A stretch of 64,000 nucleotides of DNA from a virus, in the IMG/VR virus record IMGVR_UViG_3300020578_000011; one strand, 5' to 3'. Below the pieces are notes generated by a model, which searched no databases, was not told the origin of the DNA, and worked only from the letters and a program-made list of their open reading frames with translations. The translations under genes and the position numbers were made by a program. Every line of letters starts with the position of its first letter. Within the stretch, counting starts at the first letter, position 1. Shown in pieces: positions 37,677 to 48,890 of this stretch.

Positions 37677-37996
37677 TGATTGTTGGCCACTTAAAAGATG
37701 AACTTCTGGATCATGTTGAAAAAGATGAATTAACAGAACAAGATCGTAATATGTATAAAGAAACTAGTCAATGTTCACAGGGGCATGAAGGTTCTGTTGT
37801 TCTTGTTGAAGAAAAGAAAGACTAGTATATTAAATTTATAATTTTTAAAATTAATCAAAATGAATTCAAATCTCCAGTGTTTGAAACAAAATCATTAAAT
37901 AAATGTTTAAATTTTATATATACACAAATTTCTGAATATTTATTTTCTATTGAAAAGAATGATGATTTTAAAAATGAGTTAGGTTATTTAACCTAA
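37676..37996 (+). pseudogene. 106-codon ORF interrupted by an in-frame TAG at 37823-37825
   Basis: TAATG-coupled start, 49 codons, TAG, 56 further sense codons, then TAA. Confidence 0.55.
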
Positions 37997-38059
37997 CAAT
38001 TGTGATATATTTTATGTGTAATACTTACACGTTTAAACGTGAACAGAAAGGTAACAATA

Positions 38060-38716
38060 ATGGCTCTTTCTAGTAAAGCTCGTAAAGTACTTGAAGTAGG
38101 TTTGGCAAATAGATCAGTCGCTCGTGAAATTGCAGATGCAATCGACTCGGGCGGAGGCGGAGGCGTTGCTGGTCCACAAGGTCCTGCTGGTGCCGTTGGT
38201 CCACAAGGTCCTGCTGGTGCTGCTGGTCCACAAGGTCCTGCTGGTGCTGCTGGTCCACAAGGTCCTGCTGGTGCTGCTGGTGCTGCTGGTCCACAAGGTC
38301 CTGCTGGTGCCGCTGGTGGAGCTCCGGTATCTAAATTTATAGAATTATCATCCGGCGCAAGAGTTAGAATCTCTGCTTTTGGATCTCAATCAGATGTAAA
38401 TAGCGTATCAATGGTTTTATCAGGTGGCAATACGCTTACAATAAGCAACGTTGCAAGTTCTCTTGTGTTGCATGATGTAACTATCTCATACGACGCAGGC
38501 ATTAATGCATCTGCTAGTTTTAGTTTAGTTTATCCAGAGCCACATGCTCAAACCGACCTTCTTCTTACAAAGTTTCCTATAATGCAGCATTTTAATGCAG
38601 TTGGTGTTATACAGCTATCTAATAGCATAGCCGTAGCAAACAATGCTGGTGTTGTTACTGTAAGTAAGAGTAGTTTGGCTTCTGGTTCAGGCGCATTTTT
38701 TAAAGTACATTTTTAA
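38060..38716 (+). CDS. Collagen-repeat virion protein
   Basis: GPQGPAGAA repeats; SD before ATG 38060. Confidence 0.8.
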   Translation: MALSSKARKVLEVGLANRSVAREIADAIDSGGGGGVAGPQGPAGAVGPQGPAGAAGPQGPAGAAGPQGPAGAAGAAGPQGPAGAAGGAPVSKFIELSSGARVRISAFGSQSDVNSVSMVLSGGNTLTISNVASSLVLHDVTISYDAGINASASFSLVYPEPHAQTDLLLTKFPIMQHFNAVGVIQLSNSIAVANNAGVVTVSKSSLASGSGAFFKVHF

Positions 38717-38732
38717 TTAAGGAAAAAACACA

Positions 38733-41700
38733 ATGTCACAACCTATTTTAAACGCCAAGATAACATTAAATTCAGTTGCTCCTGTCGGTGTTGGTAATAT
38801 TTCTTGGAATGTTAGTTTTTCTGTTTTAGATTTAGAAGGTGTTTTTAGTGGGTTGGATGTTGCTGTTAATGATATTCTTTTACTAGATACATCAGGCGAC
38901 ACACTTGGAACTGTTACTCAATATAAAATTACTAATATTTCTAGCAAAACTTTTGCACAAGTTTCTTGTACTGTTTCGTTAGATGATGACAACGTATCTG
39001 CTCCAGATTTAAATGCAGCATTAGGTTTAGACGGAGCTGTTATTAGACAGACAGCTAACAAACGATTAAACATCGTTCCCGCACCAGGTGTTCAAGGTCT
39101 TCCTGATAAATTTGCTATTTATCCACTCAACTCTAATTCAAAATCAAAAATAGATGTATTAGTTGGAGCTCAAGGAGAAGCTGGTCCACAGGGTCCACAA
39201 GGCGAAATGGGCCCACAAGGCCCACAGGGTCCACAAGGTCCGCAGGGTGAAATAGGTCTGCAAGGTCCTGCCGGAGTAAATGGCTCCAACGGCCAAGATG
39301 GAGCCCAAGGTGAAATGGGCCCACAGGGTCCACAAGGTCCGCAGGGTGAAATAGGTCTGCAAGGTCCTGCCGGAGTAAATGGCTCCAACGGCCAAGATGG
39401 AGCCCAAGGTGAAATGGGCCCACAGGGTCCACAAGGTCCGCAGGGTGAAATAGGTCTGCAAGGTCCTGCCGGAGTAAATGGCTCCAACGGCCAAGATGGA
39501 GCCCAAGGTGAAATGGGCCCACAAGGTCCGCAAGGCGTACAAGGCGAAATGGGTCCACAAGGTCCGCAAGGCGTACAAGGTGCTCAGGGTCTTAAGGGCG
39601 ACAAAGGCGATCAAGGTGAAATTGGTCCACAAGGTCCAGCTGGAGTAGACGGTTTGCCAGGGGCAACTGGTGCAGTTGGTGAAATTGGTCCACAAGGTCC
39701 ACAAGGCGAAATGGGTCCACAAGGTCCACAAGGCGAAATGGGTCCACAGGGTCCACAGGGTTCGCAAGGTCCGGTTGGGTCTGCTGGAGATAGATACCAT
39801 ACTACATCAGTTTCTGAATTTACAATACAAGCAAGTGGTCAGTTTTCTGTAATGACCGATGATTTAGGTTTAGATTATTCCATAGCTCAAACTGTAATTT
39901 TAGCCTATGATCTAAATAATCATCAACATGCAAAAGTAGTTAGTTATAATAAAATAACTGGAGAATTAGTTTTAGAAAGAACAGATTCGTCTGGAAGCGG
40001 TACATATTCTAGTTGGAGTATCAACTTAGATGGAGCAGTGGGAATCGAAGGTCCACAGGGTCCAATGGGCCCACAAGGTCTTCAAGGCGTTCCAGGAATC
40101 CAAGGTCCACAAGGTATTCAAGGTGCCCAGGGCGCAGCAGGAAGCAATGCTGTAATAACAGGTGCGGCTTCTTCTGTTGTTGATAGTGATTTAGATTCAT
40201 TAAAGGTTGTTGTTTCTGATATTTCTGGAAAAATAGATTCTTCATTAGTGTCTGTTGATGAATTGAATCATTTATCTGGTGTTGTTTCACCGCTACAAGC
40301 TCAATTAAATGCTGAAGCATCTGCTCGCCAAGCAGCAGATTCAGCTCTCCAATCTGACATAGATGCAGAAGAAGCTAGAGCACTAGCGGCCGAAGCAGCC
40401 GAAGCATCTGCTCGCCAAGCTGCAGATTCAGCTCTCCAATCTGACATAGATGCAGAAGAAGCTAGAGCACTAGCGGCCGAAGCAGCCGAAGCATCTGCTC
40501 GCCAAGCAGCAGATTCAGCTCTCCAATCTGACATAGATGCAGAAGAAATTAGAGCATTAGCAGCCGAAGCAGCAGAAGCATCTGCTCGCCAAGCAGCAGA
40601 TTCAGCAGAAGCATCTGCTCGCCAAGCAGCAGTTTCTGCTCTTCAGTCTGATATAAATGATGAAGCATCTGCTCGCCAAGCTGCAGATTCAGCAGAAGCA
40701 TCTGCTCGCCAAGCAGCAGATTCAGCTCTCCAATCTGATATAGATGCAGAAGAAGCTAGAGCACTAGCGGCCGAAGCAGCCGAAGCATCTGCACGTCAAG
40801 CAGCAGATTCAGCTCTCCAATCTGATATAGATGCAGAAGAAGCTAGAGCACTAGCAGCCGAAGCAGCTCTTCAATCTGATATAGATGCAGAAGAAATTAG
40901 AGCATTAGCAGCCGAAGCAGCCGAAGCATCTGCTCGCCAAGCTGCAGATTCAGCTCTCCAATCTGACATAGATGCAGAAGAAGCTAGAGCACTAGCAGCT
41001 GAAGCAGCAGAAGCATCAGCTCGTCAAGCAGCAGATTCAGCCGAAGCATCTGCTCGCCAAGCAGCAGATTCAGCTCTCCAATCTGATATAGATGCAGAAG
41101 AAGCTAGAGCACTAGCAGCCGAAGCAGCAGAAGCATCTGCTCGCCAAGCAGCTGATGCAGCAGAAGCATCAGCTCGTCAAGCTGCAGATTCAGCAGAAGC
41201 ATCTGCACGTCAAGCAGCAGATTCAGCTCTCCAATCTGACATAGATGCAGAAGAAATTAGAGCATTAGCAGCCGAAGCAGCTCTTCAGTCTGACATAGAT
41301 GCAGAAATTTTAGCTCGTCAAGCAGCTATATCTCAAGAGGTGTTAGATAGAAATGCAGCAATACAAACTGCAGTGACTGAATCGATAATTCCAAGAACTG
41401 ATGTTACTTATGACTTAGGTAGTCCTACTAAAAGATTTAAGGATCTTTATTTAAGTGGAAATAGTATTATCTTAGGCGATACAATAATTTCCTCAGACGC
41501 TGGTGCATTGGATCTTTCTGCGGGTGCAAAAGTTGGCGGTGTTTTAATAGCATCAACAGATTTTGTAAATGGTGCAATAACTAACTTAGTTGGCGGTGCT
41601 CCTGAGTTATTGAACACATTAAATGAACTTGCTGCTGCAATTAACGATGATGAGAGTTTTGCGACAACCGTTGCAAATAGTATAGCATCTGTTCAATCGG

Positions 41701-43919
41701 GGTTAGATGCAGAAGAAGCTAGAGCACTAGCAGCTGAAGCAGCAGAAGCATCTGCACGTCAAGCAGCAGATACTACTTTGCAAAATGATATAAATGATGA
41801 AGTATCTGCTCGCCAAGCAGCAGATTCAGCAGAAGCATCTGCTCGCCAAGCAGCAGATACTACTTTGCAAAATGATATAAATGATGAAGTATCTGCTCGT
41901 CAAGCGGCAGATACTACTTTGCAAAATGATATAGATGCAGAAGTATCTGCTCGTCAAGCGGCAGATACTACTTTGCAAAACAATATCAACAACAAACAAG
42001 ACACTGTTACAGGTGCTGCAACTTCAGTTGTTTCTTCTGATTTGACAGCTTCTAGAGCAATGGTTTCAGATGCATCTGGTAAAATAGCTGCTTCTTCAGT
42101 AACTTCTACTGAACTTGGGCATTTATCTGGTGTTACTTCTGGAATACAGTCACAGTTAAATGGTAAACAAGCTACTATTACGGGTGCTGCAACTTCAGTT
42201 GTTTCTTCTGATTTGACAGCTTCTAGAGCAATGGTTTCAGATGCATCTGGTAAAATAGCTGCTTCTTCAGTAACTTCTACTGAACTTGGGCATTTATCTG
42301 GTGTAACTTCTGGAATACAGTCACAGTTTAGTTCAGTAAACACATCACTAGGTGGTAAACAAGCTACTATTACGGGTGCTGCAACTTCAGTTGTTTCTTC
42401 TGATTTGACAGCTTCTAGAGCAATGGTTTCAGATGCGCTTGGTAAAATAGCTGCTTCTTCAGTAACTTCTACTGAACTTAGTTATGTTTCTGGTGTAACT
42501 TCTGGAATACAGTCACAGTTAAATGGTAAAGAACCAGCAATTACTGGTGCTGCAACCTCGATTGTTTCTAGTGACTTGTTAGCTTCTAGAGTGGTTGTTT
42601 CAAGTGCCTCTGGCAAGATAACTACTGCTACCTGTACAGCTACTGAACTTAACTATGTTTCTGGTGTTACTTCTGGAATACAGTCGCAGTTTGGTTCAGT
42701 AAACACATCACTAGGTGGTAAACAAGCTACTATTACGGGTGCTGCAACTTCAGTTACAAATAGCGATTTAGTAGCCTCTAGAGCAGTGGTTTCAGATGCA
42801 TCTGGTAAAATAGCTGCTTCTTCAGTAACTTCTACTGAACTTGGCTATGTTTCTGGTGTAACTTCTGGAATACAATCACAGTTAAATGGTAAACAAGCTA
42901 CTATTACGGGTGCTGCAACTTCAGTTGCTTCTAGTGACCTATCTGCATCTTTAGCGCTTGTTTCAAATGCATCTGGTAAAATAGCTGTTTCTTCAGTAAC
43001 TTCTACTGAACTTGGCTATGTTTCTGGTGTAACTTCTGGAATACAATCACAGTTAAATGGTAAACAAGCTACTATTACGGGTGCTGCAACTTCAGTTGCT
43101 TCTAGTGACCTATCTGCATCTTTAGCGCTTGTTTCAAATGCATCTGGTAAAATAGCTGTTTCTTCAGTAACTTCTACTGAACTTGGCTATGTTTCTGGTG
43201 TAACTTCTGGAATACAATCACAGTTAAATGGTAAACAAGCTACTATTACGGGTGCTGCAACTTCAGTTGCTTCTAGTGACCTATCTGCATCTTTAGCGCT
43301 TGTTTCAAATGCATCTGGTAAAATAGCTGTTTCTTCAGTAACTTCTACTGAACTTGGCTATGTTTCTGGTGTAACTTCTGGAATACAATCACAGTTAAAT
43401 GGTAAACAAGCTACTATTACGGGTGCTGCAACTTCAGTTGCTTCTTCTAATTTGACAGCTTCTAGAGCAATGGTTTCAGATTCATCTGGTAAAATAGCTG
43501 CTTCTTCAGTAACTTCTACTGAACTTGGGCATTTATCTGGTGTAACTTCGGCTATTCAAACTCAATTAGATGCAAAAGCTAGCAAAGATGCAAATGGATC
43601 ACTGCAGGCAACTGGTTTTATATATGGAGCAAACTCTATAAATGTTAAAACCGGAGCATATACACTAACTTCTGCTGATAATGGAAAAACAATTGTTGTT
43701 AATAGTGCATCTGCAGTAAATATTACAGTTCCTTCTGGTCTTCCTGCATTTTTCAACTGTATGGTTATTCAAGTAGGAGCAGGTCAAGTTACTATGGTTG
43801 CAAGCAGTACAACATTAAATTCAGCAAATGGTCTTAAGACATCTGCTCAATTTGCAGCGTTGTCATTACTTGCATATGATACTAATATTTTCTGTGTATC
43901 TGGCTCTACTTCTGTTTAA
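38733..43919 (+). CDS. Long tail fibre/appendage (collagen, coiled-coil and 57-aa repeats)
   Basis: Gly-X-Y tracts, EASARQAAD heptads, [21 protein letters not shown], nine 57-aa units, C-terminal [10 protein letters not shown] domain. Confidence 0.85.
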   Translation: MSQPILNAKITLNSVAPVGVGNISWNVSFSVLDLEGVFSGLDVAVNDILLLDTSGDTLGTVTQYKITNISSKTFAQVSCTVSLDDDNVSAPDLNAALGLDGAVIRQTANKRLNIVPAPGVQGLPDKFAIYPLNSNSKSKIDVLVGAQGEAGPQGPQGEMGPQGPQGPQGPQGEIGLQGPAGVNGSNGQDGAQGEMGPQGPQGPQGEIGLQGPAGVNGSNGQDGAQGEMGPQGPQGPQGEIGLQGPAGVNGSNGQDGAQGEMGPQGPQGVQGEMGPQGPQGVQGAQGLKGDKGDQGEIGPQGPAGVDGLPGATGAVGEIGPQGPQGEMGPQGPQGEMGPQGPQGSQGPVGSAGDRYHTTSVSEFTIQASGQFSVMTDDLGLDYSIAQTVILAYDLNNHQHAKVVSYNKITGELVLERTDSSGSGTYSSWSINLDGAVGIEGPQGPMGPQGLQGVPGIQGPQGIQGAQGAAGSNAVITGAASSVVDSDLDSLKVVVSDISGKIDSSLVSVDELNHLSGVVSPLQAQLNAEASARQAADSALQSDIDAEEARALAAEAAEASARQAADSALQSDIDAEEARALAAEAAEASARQAADSALQSDIDAEEIRALAAEAAEASARQAADSAEASARQAAVSALQSDINDEASARQAADSAEASARQAADSALQSDIDAEEARALAAEAAEASARQAADSALQSDIDAEEARALAAEAALQSDIDAEEIRALAAEAAEASARQAADSALQSDIDAEEARALAAEAAEASARQAADSAEASARQAADSALQSDIDAEEARALAAEAAEASARQAADAAEASARQAADSAEASARQAADSALQSDIDAEEIRALAAEAALQSDIDAEILARQAAISQEVLDRNAAIQTAVTESIIPRTDVTYDLGSPTKRFKDLYLSGNSIILGDTIISSDAGALDLSAGAKVGGVLIASTDFVNGAITNLVGGAPELLNTLNELAAAINDDESFATTVANSIASVQSGLDAEEARALAAEAAEASARQAADTTLQNDINDEVSARQAADSAEASARQAADTTLQNDINDEVSARQAADTTLQNDIDAEVSARQAADTTLQNNINNKQDTVTGAATSVVSSDLTASRAMVSDASGKIAASSVTSTELGHLSGVTSGIQSQLNGKQATITGAATSVVSSDLTASRAMVSDASGKIAASSVTSTELGHLSGVTSGIQSQFSSVNTSLGGKQATITGAATSVVSSDLTASRAMVSDALGKIAASSVTSTELSYVSGVTSGIQSQLNGKEPAITGAATSIVSSDLLASRVVVSSASGKITTATCTATELNYVSGVTSGIQSQFGSVNTSLGGKQATITGAATSVTNSDLVASRAVVSDASGKIAASSVTSTELGYVSGVTSGIQSQLNGKQATITGAATSVASSDLSASLALVSNASGKIAVSSVTSTELGYVSGVTSGIQSQLNGKQATITGAATSVASSDLSASLALVSNASGKIAVSSVTSTELGYVSGVTSGIQSQLNGKQATITGAATSVASSDLSASLALVSNASGKIAVSSVTSTELGYVSGVTSGIQSQLNGKQATITGAATSVASSNLTASRAMVSDSSGKIAASSVTSTELGHLSGVTSAIQTQLDAKASKDANGSLQATGFIYGANSINVKTGAYTLTSADNGKTIVVNSASAVNITVPSGLPAFFNCMVIQVGAGQVTMVASSTTLNSANGLKTSAQFAALSLLAYDTNIFCVSGSTSV
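39166..39790 (+). repeat. Collagen-coding repeats including a triplicated 99-nt unit
   Basis: ggtgaaataggtctg at ~39246, 39345 and 39444. Confidence 0.9.
40310..41990 (+). repeat. Coiled-coil-coding repeats ([26 protein letters not shown])
   Basis: Many near-identical shuffled DNA blocks; also present at ~35275-35430. Confidence 0.9.
41994..43570 (+). repeat. Nine ~171-nt (57-aa) tandem repeats
   Basis: [12 protein letters not shown]...GIQSQLNG; the units at 42891-43403 are essentially identical. Confidence 0.9.
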
Positions 43920-43955
43920 TTTTAATTTAATAACTATTAACGAGGAGAACATAGT

Positions 43956-46900
43956 ATGTTCACCGTACCAAGTATGCGCGGTTTTTCTAGCAAACCTGGC
44001 TTTATTTTACAGACAATACCAAATATCTCATTTAATGGAACAGTAAACGATGCAGTTGAAAGTGCTGATTCTATTTATATAGGCGGTAATTTCACAGCTG
44101 CTTCTAATAATGTAACAAAAGCAGCTGTTGTGTTTGATAAGTCAACAGCTACTTCTTTATATAGTACAAAATTCAACTCAAGTGTTATTACTTTTACTGT
44201 CGATACTAGTTTTACATATTATGTAGGTTATTTTACAGAATATAATGGGACAACAGTTAATAAAATAGTTAGAATTAGCAACACAACTGGAGTTATTGAT
44301 ACTAGTTTTAATTATTTCCCAGCATCTAACTCCTGGGGGGCCTCAAATTTCGACACCCCTCAATGTGTAGCAATAGATGGAGACAATTTGTATATTGGTG
44401 GCTCTTTCTCCTCTTTTAAAAGCAATCCTAGTAATAAATATTTAATAAAAATGAGTAAATCAACCGGGGTTGTTGATAATAGTTTTTTACCAAATCTTAA
44501 TGGTTCTGTTTCTAAAATTGTTGTAGATGGTACTGATTTATATATTTCAGGTAATTTTACGACTGTAAATGGAACAACTAGACAATATTTAGCTAAAATA
44601 GACAAAGCAACTGGAGCTCTGAATACGACATTTGACACAAGTAACGCTGGTGGATCTGAACCATATAGTTTTTCAGTAGATTCTACAAGTATATACATAT
44701 GGGGTGGTTTTACTAGTTATAAAGGTCTAACTAGACAAAATTTAGTAAAAATAGATAAAAATACCGCCGCTGTAGATACTGCATTCGATACTTCTAGTGG
44801 TTTTGGTTCTATCGTTCGTGCTGTTGCAATTGATGGAAATGATATGTATGTTGGTGGTAATTTTACTAACTATAAAGGAAATACTAGATATTATTTTGCT
44901 AAAATTAATAAAGATACAGCTGCAGAAGTAGATGCATCTGGTACCGGATGGAGTACTACTAATTATATTTTTGGTAATACTGTTTGGGATATAGTTGTAG
45001 ATGGCACCAGTTTATATGTAGGTGGTGATTTTACCCATTATAAAGGACGCAATAACGTAGGAAGAATAATAAAAATAGATAAAATAACTGGAAATGAAAT
45101 CGATGCTGCCGGAACAAATTGGTCAGCACCCACCCTATCAGATTCATACATATCACAAATATTTATTCAATCTAGTAGAATTTTTGCAATAGGTGCAAGT
45201 ATAACTATTGCAGGTGGATTTCCTGTAAATAGATTAGTTAAAGTAAATAAGTCAACAAATTTAATAGACACTGCATTTAATTCTAATTTAGGAAGTGGGT
45301 TTAATGGAGAGGTTTTTTGTTTATGCTTAGATTCCAGTGATTTATATGTTGGTGGTTCTTTTGATTCTTATAAAGGAAACACTAGACAACGTATTGTTAA
45401 AATAGATAAAACAACAGCAGCAGAAGTAGATGCAAATGGTACTGGTTTTGCAATAACCACTGGTTTTACAGGAAATGGAACTGTAAATACTTTTCTTATT
45501 GACGGAACTAGTTTATATGTAGGTGGTGATTTTAGTGGCTATAAAGGAGCATCTAATAATATGTCTTCTTTAGTAAGATTAGACAAGACTTCTGGAAATC
45601 CTATTGCTGGCTTTTCTACCCATAACGTTGTTAGAAAATTTGTAAATGAACTTAGCTATGGAAATGGTCAAGTTTTAACACTCGCATTAGATGGAAATAA
45701 TCTTTACGTAGGTGGTAGATTTGTTACATTTAACAACAAATGTAGATATAATATATTAAAATTAGATAAAACGACTGGCAATGAAGTCGACGCAAACGGG
45801 TCGGGTTTTAGTAAACCAAATGCTGGCTTTGACGGTTATATTAATAAAATTGTATTAAATGGAAATGATTTGTATATAGGTGGAGCATTTAAAGGACAAA
45901 AATTAAATTCACTATGTTCAGGTACTAGTTTAATTTCTAAAACAACTGGTGGAATAAATTCTTCGATAACAGTTGGATATGACGCAACAATGGGTCGAAG
46001 TGTCAGATGCGCCGTAGTAAGCGGAGATTATGCATATCTAGGCGGTGAATTTATCAGTTGGAATGGTGAAGATGCTTATGGTATTGTAAAAATATACATA
46101 CCAACTGGAGAAAGAGTTGCTGCTTTTGATACGACAACTGGAGTTGATATATTACCAGGAAGTACTGGTAACAGTGGATCTGTAGAGTGTATTGTTTTAG
46201 ATGGTAGTAATTTATATATAGGTGGAACCTTTACCTCCTATAAGGGAACATCTGCACGAGCTATTGCAAAAATCGACGCAACAACAGGCGCATTGATTAC
46301 TGCTTTTGATACGACAACAGGTTTTCTCAATCAAAATTCCTGGAACCCCACGGAAACTAATCCTGGTATTGTTTCTACGCTTGCTTTATCTGCAGATGGT
46401 TTGAGTTTATATGTGGGAGGTTCCTTTGGTCTTTACAAAGGCACAACTAGACAAAATTTAGCTAAAATAAGTACAACAAATGCTGCATTAGATACGACAT
46501 TTAACACAGCCGTAGGCACCAATAATCAAGTTTTAACACTTGCTCTTGATAATACACTCAACGTCCTATATGCAGGTGGATGGTTTAGTACATATAAAGG
46601 CAACAATAGAAATCATATAATTAAAATAAACACATCTACAGCGGCAGAAATAGACAACAATGGCTCTGGTCTTAGTGTTGCTAATATTTTTAACGGCAGT
46701 GTAAATAAAATAAAAATAGATGCAAGTAGCAATGTATATTGCGCAGGTTCGTTTTTAATGTTCAACAACACAACAACAAGACAACGTCTTGCAAAATTTA
46801 GCGCAGGAACAAACTCTGTAACATTAGATTCTACGTTCGATACATCTAGTGGATTTAATAATGTTGCTGAAGATTTTTTTATAGATGGAAATGACCTATA

Positions 46901-48830
46901 TGTTTGTGGTGGATTTTCTAATTATAAAGGAATTGATAGATATAATATTGTTAAAATAAATAAAGACACAGCTGTTGAAGTTTCAACTAATAATCCATTT
47001 GTAAATAAATACGATGCAACGGATTATGGTCCAAATAATTATAATTCTACTAGAATTAGAACAATAGTGAATTCACCTTATGGTATAATAATTGGTCCTG
47101 AAAATAGTTTTCCACTTATTTCTTACAAATACAAAGGAAATAGATCTACTGATTCTGCTTGCTTGGCTAAAATAAACAAAACAACAGCTATATCTTCTGC
47201 CATTTCTAATTCTTCTTTAGAAAAAGGTATTGGTTTTGACCTGGCCTCTCATAGAGTAACAATGTTTAGCTGGCGTCCAAATGGTGTAGGCACTGAAGTT
47301 CGTGCTATAAAAGATTTAACAATAGATGGCAATAACATTTTTGCAAGCGGAAACTTTTCAGTATTTTTTAATTTTAAAAATGGATCTGCAAGCAGTATTA
47401 GTGTTTTAGATAAAACAAATGGCTCTATTACAAATGTTGTTTTAAGTAAAATGATTTTTGATCAACAACCAAGTTGTTGCGTTGTTGATGGTGATTATTT
47501 ATATCTTGCTGGTAAATTTCAATCTTATAAAAACAGTATTTTTTCTCATAATATAATAAAAATACATATTCCAACTTCAGAAATTGATTTGTCTTTTTCA
47601 ACACTCAGAGGATTTTTACAACAAAAAGGTAAAAGTCAAATGCAATCAAGTCCAGACAGCAGTGGAACAATAAATAAAATGATAATAAATGGAGACAATC
47701 TATATGTATGTGGTAGTTTTAATTATTATCAAGGAGAAACTAGACAAAATATATTAAAACTTAATAAAATAACTGGAAATGAAGCAGATCCCATGAATAC
47801 TGGTTTTAGTACTACTAGTGGCTTTAATGGTTCAGTGAATGATATGGAAATTGACGCGTCTGGAGATTTGTATGCAGTTGGTTCCTTTACCTCCTATAAA
47901 GGAACAACAAGACAATATGTTGCTAAAATAAATGGTCAAACTGCTGCTTTAGACACGACTTTTGATACAGCAAGTGGATTTAATAGTACATTAAATTGTA
48001 TAACTTTAGACAGCACTAGTTTATATGTGGGAGGTTCCTTTGGTCTTTACAAAGGCACAACTAGACAAAATTTAGCTAAAATAAATAAAACAAATGCTGC
48101 GTTAGATACGACATTTAACACAGCTACTGCGGTTAATAGTCAAACAAATTGTATAACTTTAGATGGAAATAATTTATATATTGGTGGTTATTTTACTAGC
48201 TATAAAGGACAAAGTAGAGGTTATATAGTTAAAATAGATAAAACAACCGCAGCAGAAGTAGATGCATCTGGTACTGGCTTTAGTACAAATAGTGGGTTTA
48301 ATACTACAGTTATGTCTATTTTATCAGATGGACTTGGGTCGTTGTATGTAAATGGTCAATTTAATAGTTATAAAGGAACAACGAGGCCGCATCTTGCAAA
48401 AATAAATACTTCAGATGCGACATTGGATACGGGTTTTAATGCATCTATTCCACACTCGGGTTCTGTTGTATTTCCTGGTAGAATGCTTTTATTATCAAAC
48501 GATATTATTTGTCCATTTTTACCAACCTCTCAAGCCTCAAATCGTTATAATGTTGCGAGAGTATTTAAATTTTCATTAGAAAATTATGATATTAGTTTTA
48601 ATACTAAAATGGGTCTTGGTCAAACAGGTTTTACTTCAAATCAATATTGGGCAAATAAAATATTAAAAATACCTGAGCAAGTAGCCGGACAAGGTGCTAG
48701 ATATTACGTATTTGGTTCGTTTTTGTCATATGAAACTACTTATCCAGCAAATGGTTTTTCTAGTGATGGAAAAACAATTGCTAGAGCTGTTGTTTTTAAT
48801 GACAGTGGAAAAAATATTTTTCAACTTTAA
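43956..48830 (+). CDS. Large beta-propeller repeat protein (delta-60/DUF5122-like), probable receptor-binding protein
   Basis: Many repeats of 'DG.LYVGG.FTSYKG.TRQ.IAKI...D..F'. Confidence 0.75.
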   Translation: MFTVPSMRGFSSKPGFILQTIPNISFNGTVNDAVESADSIYIGGNFTAASNNVTKAAVVFDKSTATSLYSTKFNSSVITFTVDTSFTYYVGYFTEYNGTTVNKIVRISNTTGVIDTSFNYFPASNSWGASNFDTPQCVAIDGDNLYIGGSFSSFKSNPSNKYLIKMSKSTGVVDNSFLPNLNGSVSKIVVDGTDLYISGNFTTVNGTTRQYLAKIDKATGALNTTFDTSNAGGSEPYSFSVDSTSIYIWGGFTSYKGLTRQNLVKIDKNTAAVDTAFDTSSGFGSIVRAVAIDGNDMYVGGNFTNYKGNTRYYFAKINKDTAAEVDASGTGWSTTNYIFGNTVWDIVVDGTSLYVGGDFTHYKGRNNVGRIIKIDKITGNEIDAAGTNWSAPTLSDSYISQIFIQSSRIFAIGASITIAGGFPVNRLVKVNKSTNLIDTAFNSNLGSGFNGEVFCLCLDSSDLYVGGSFDSYKGNTRQRIVKIDKTTAAEVDANGTGFAITTGFTGNGTVNTFLIDGTSLYVGGDFSGYKGASNNMSSLVRLDKTSGNPIAGFSTHNVVRKFVNELSYGNGQVLTLALDGNNLYVGGRFVTFNNKCRYNILKLDKTTGNEVDANGSGFSKPNAGFDGYINKIVLNGNDLYIGGAFKGQKLNSLCSGTSLISKTTGGINSSITVGYDATMGRSVRCAVVSGDYAYLGGEFISWNGEDAYGIVKIYIPTGERVAAFDTTTGVDILPGSTGNSGSVECIVLDGSNLYIGGTFTSYKGTSARAIAKIDATTGALITAFDTTTGFLNQNSWNPTETNPGIVSTLALSADGLSLYVGGSFGLYKGTTRQNLAKISTTNAALDTTFNTAVGTNNQVLTLALDNTLNVLYAGGWFSTYKGNNRNHIIKINTSTAAEIDNNGSGLSVANIFNGSVNKIKIDASSNVYCAGSFLMFNNTTTRQRLAKFSAGTNSVTLDSTFDTSSGFNNVAEDFFIDGNDLYVCGGFSNYKGIDRYNIVKINKDTAVEVSTNNPFVNKYDATDYGPNNYNSTRIRTIVNSPYGIIIGPENSFPLISYKYKGNRSTDSACLAKINKTTAISSAISNSSLEKGIGFDLASHRVTMFSWRPNGVGTEVRAIKDLTIDGNNIFASGNFSVFFNFKNGSASSISVLDKTNGSITNVVLSKMIFDQQPSCCVVDGDYLYLAGKFQSYKNSIFSHNIIKIHIPTSEIDLSFSTLRGFLQQKGKSQMQSSPDSSGTINKMIINGDNLYVCGSFNYYQGETRQNILKLNKITGNEADPMNTGFSTTSGFNGSVNDMEIDASGDLYAVGSFTSYKGTTRQYVAKINGQTAALDTTFDTASGFNSTLNCITLDSTSLYVGGSFGLYKGTTRQNLAKINKTNAALDTTFNTATAVNSQTNCITLDGNNLYIGGYFTSYKGQSRGYIVKIDKTTAAEVDASGTGFSTNSGFNTTVMSILSDGLGSLYVNGQFNSYKGTTRPHLAKINTSDATLDTGFNASIPHSGSVVFPGRMLLLSNDIICPFLPTSQASNRYNVARVFKFSLENYDISFNTKMGLGQTGFTSNQYWANKILKIPEQVAGQGARYYVFGSFLSYETTYPANGFSSDGKTIARAVVFNDSGKNIFQL

Positions 48831-48890
48831 TTTATTAAAATTAAAAAATATTTTTGCTATTTAAAATAAATCAAGTAGGATGGAATAAAA

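Noticed and set aside
39133-42343. Antisense and alternate-frame ORFs over the collagen and Ala-rich repeats (also 19765-20222 and 38070-38342)
   Set aside because: They are shadows of repetitive, stop-poor coding sequence and lack RBSs.
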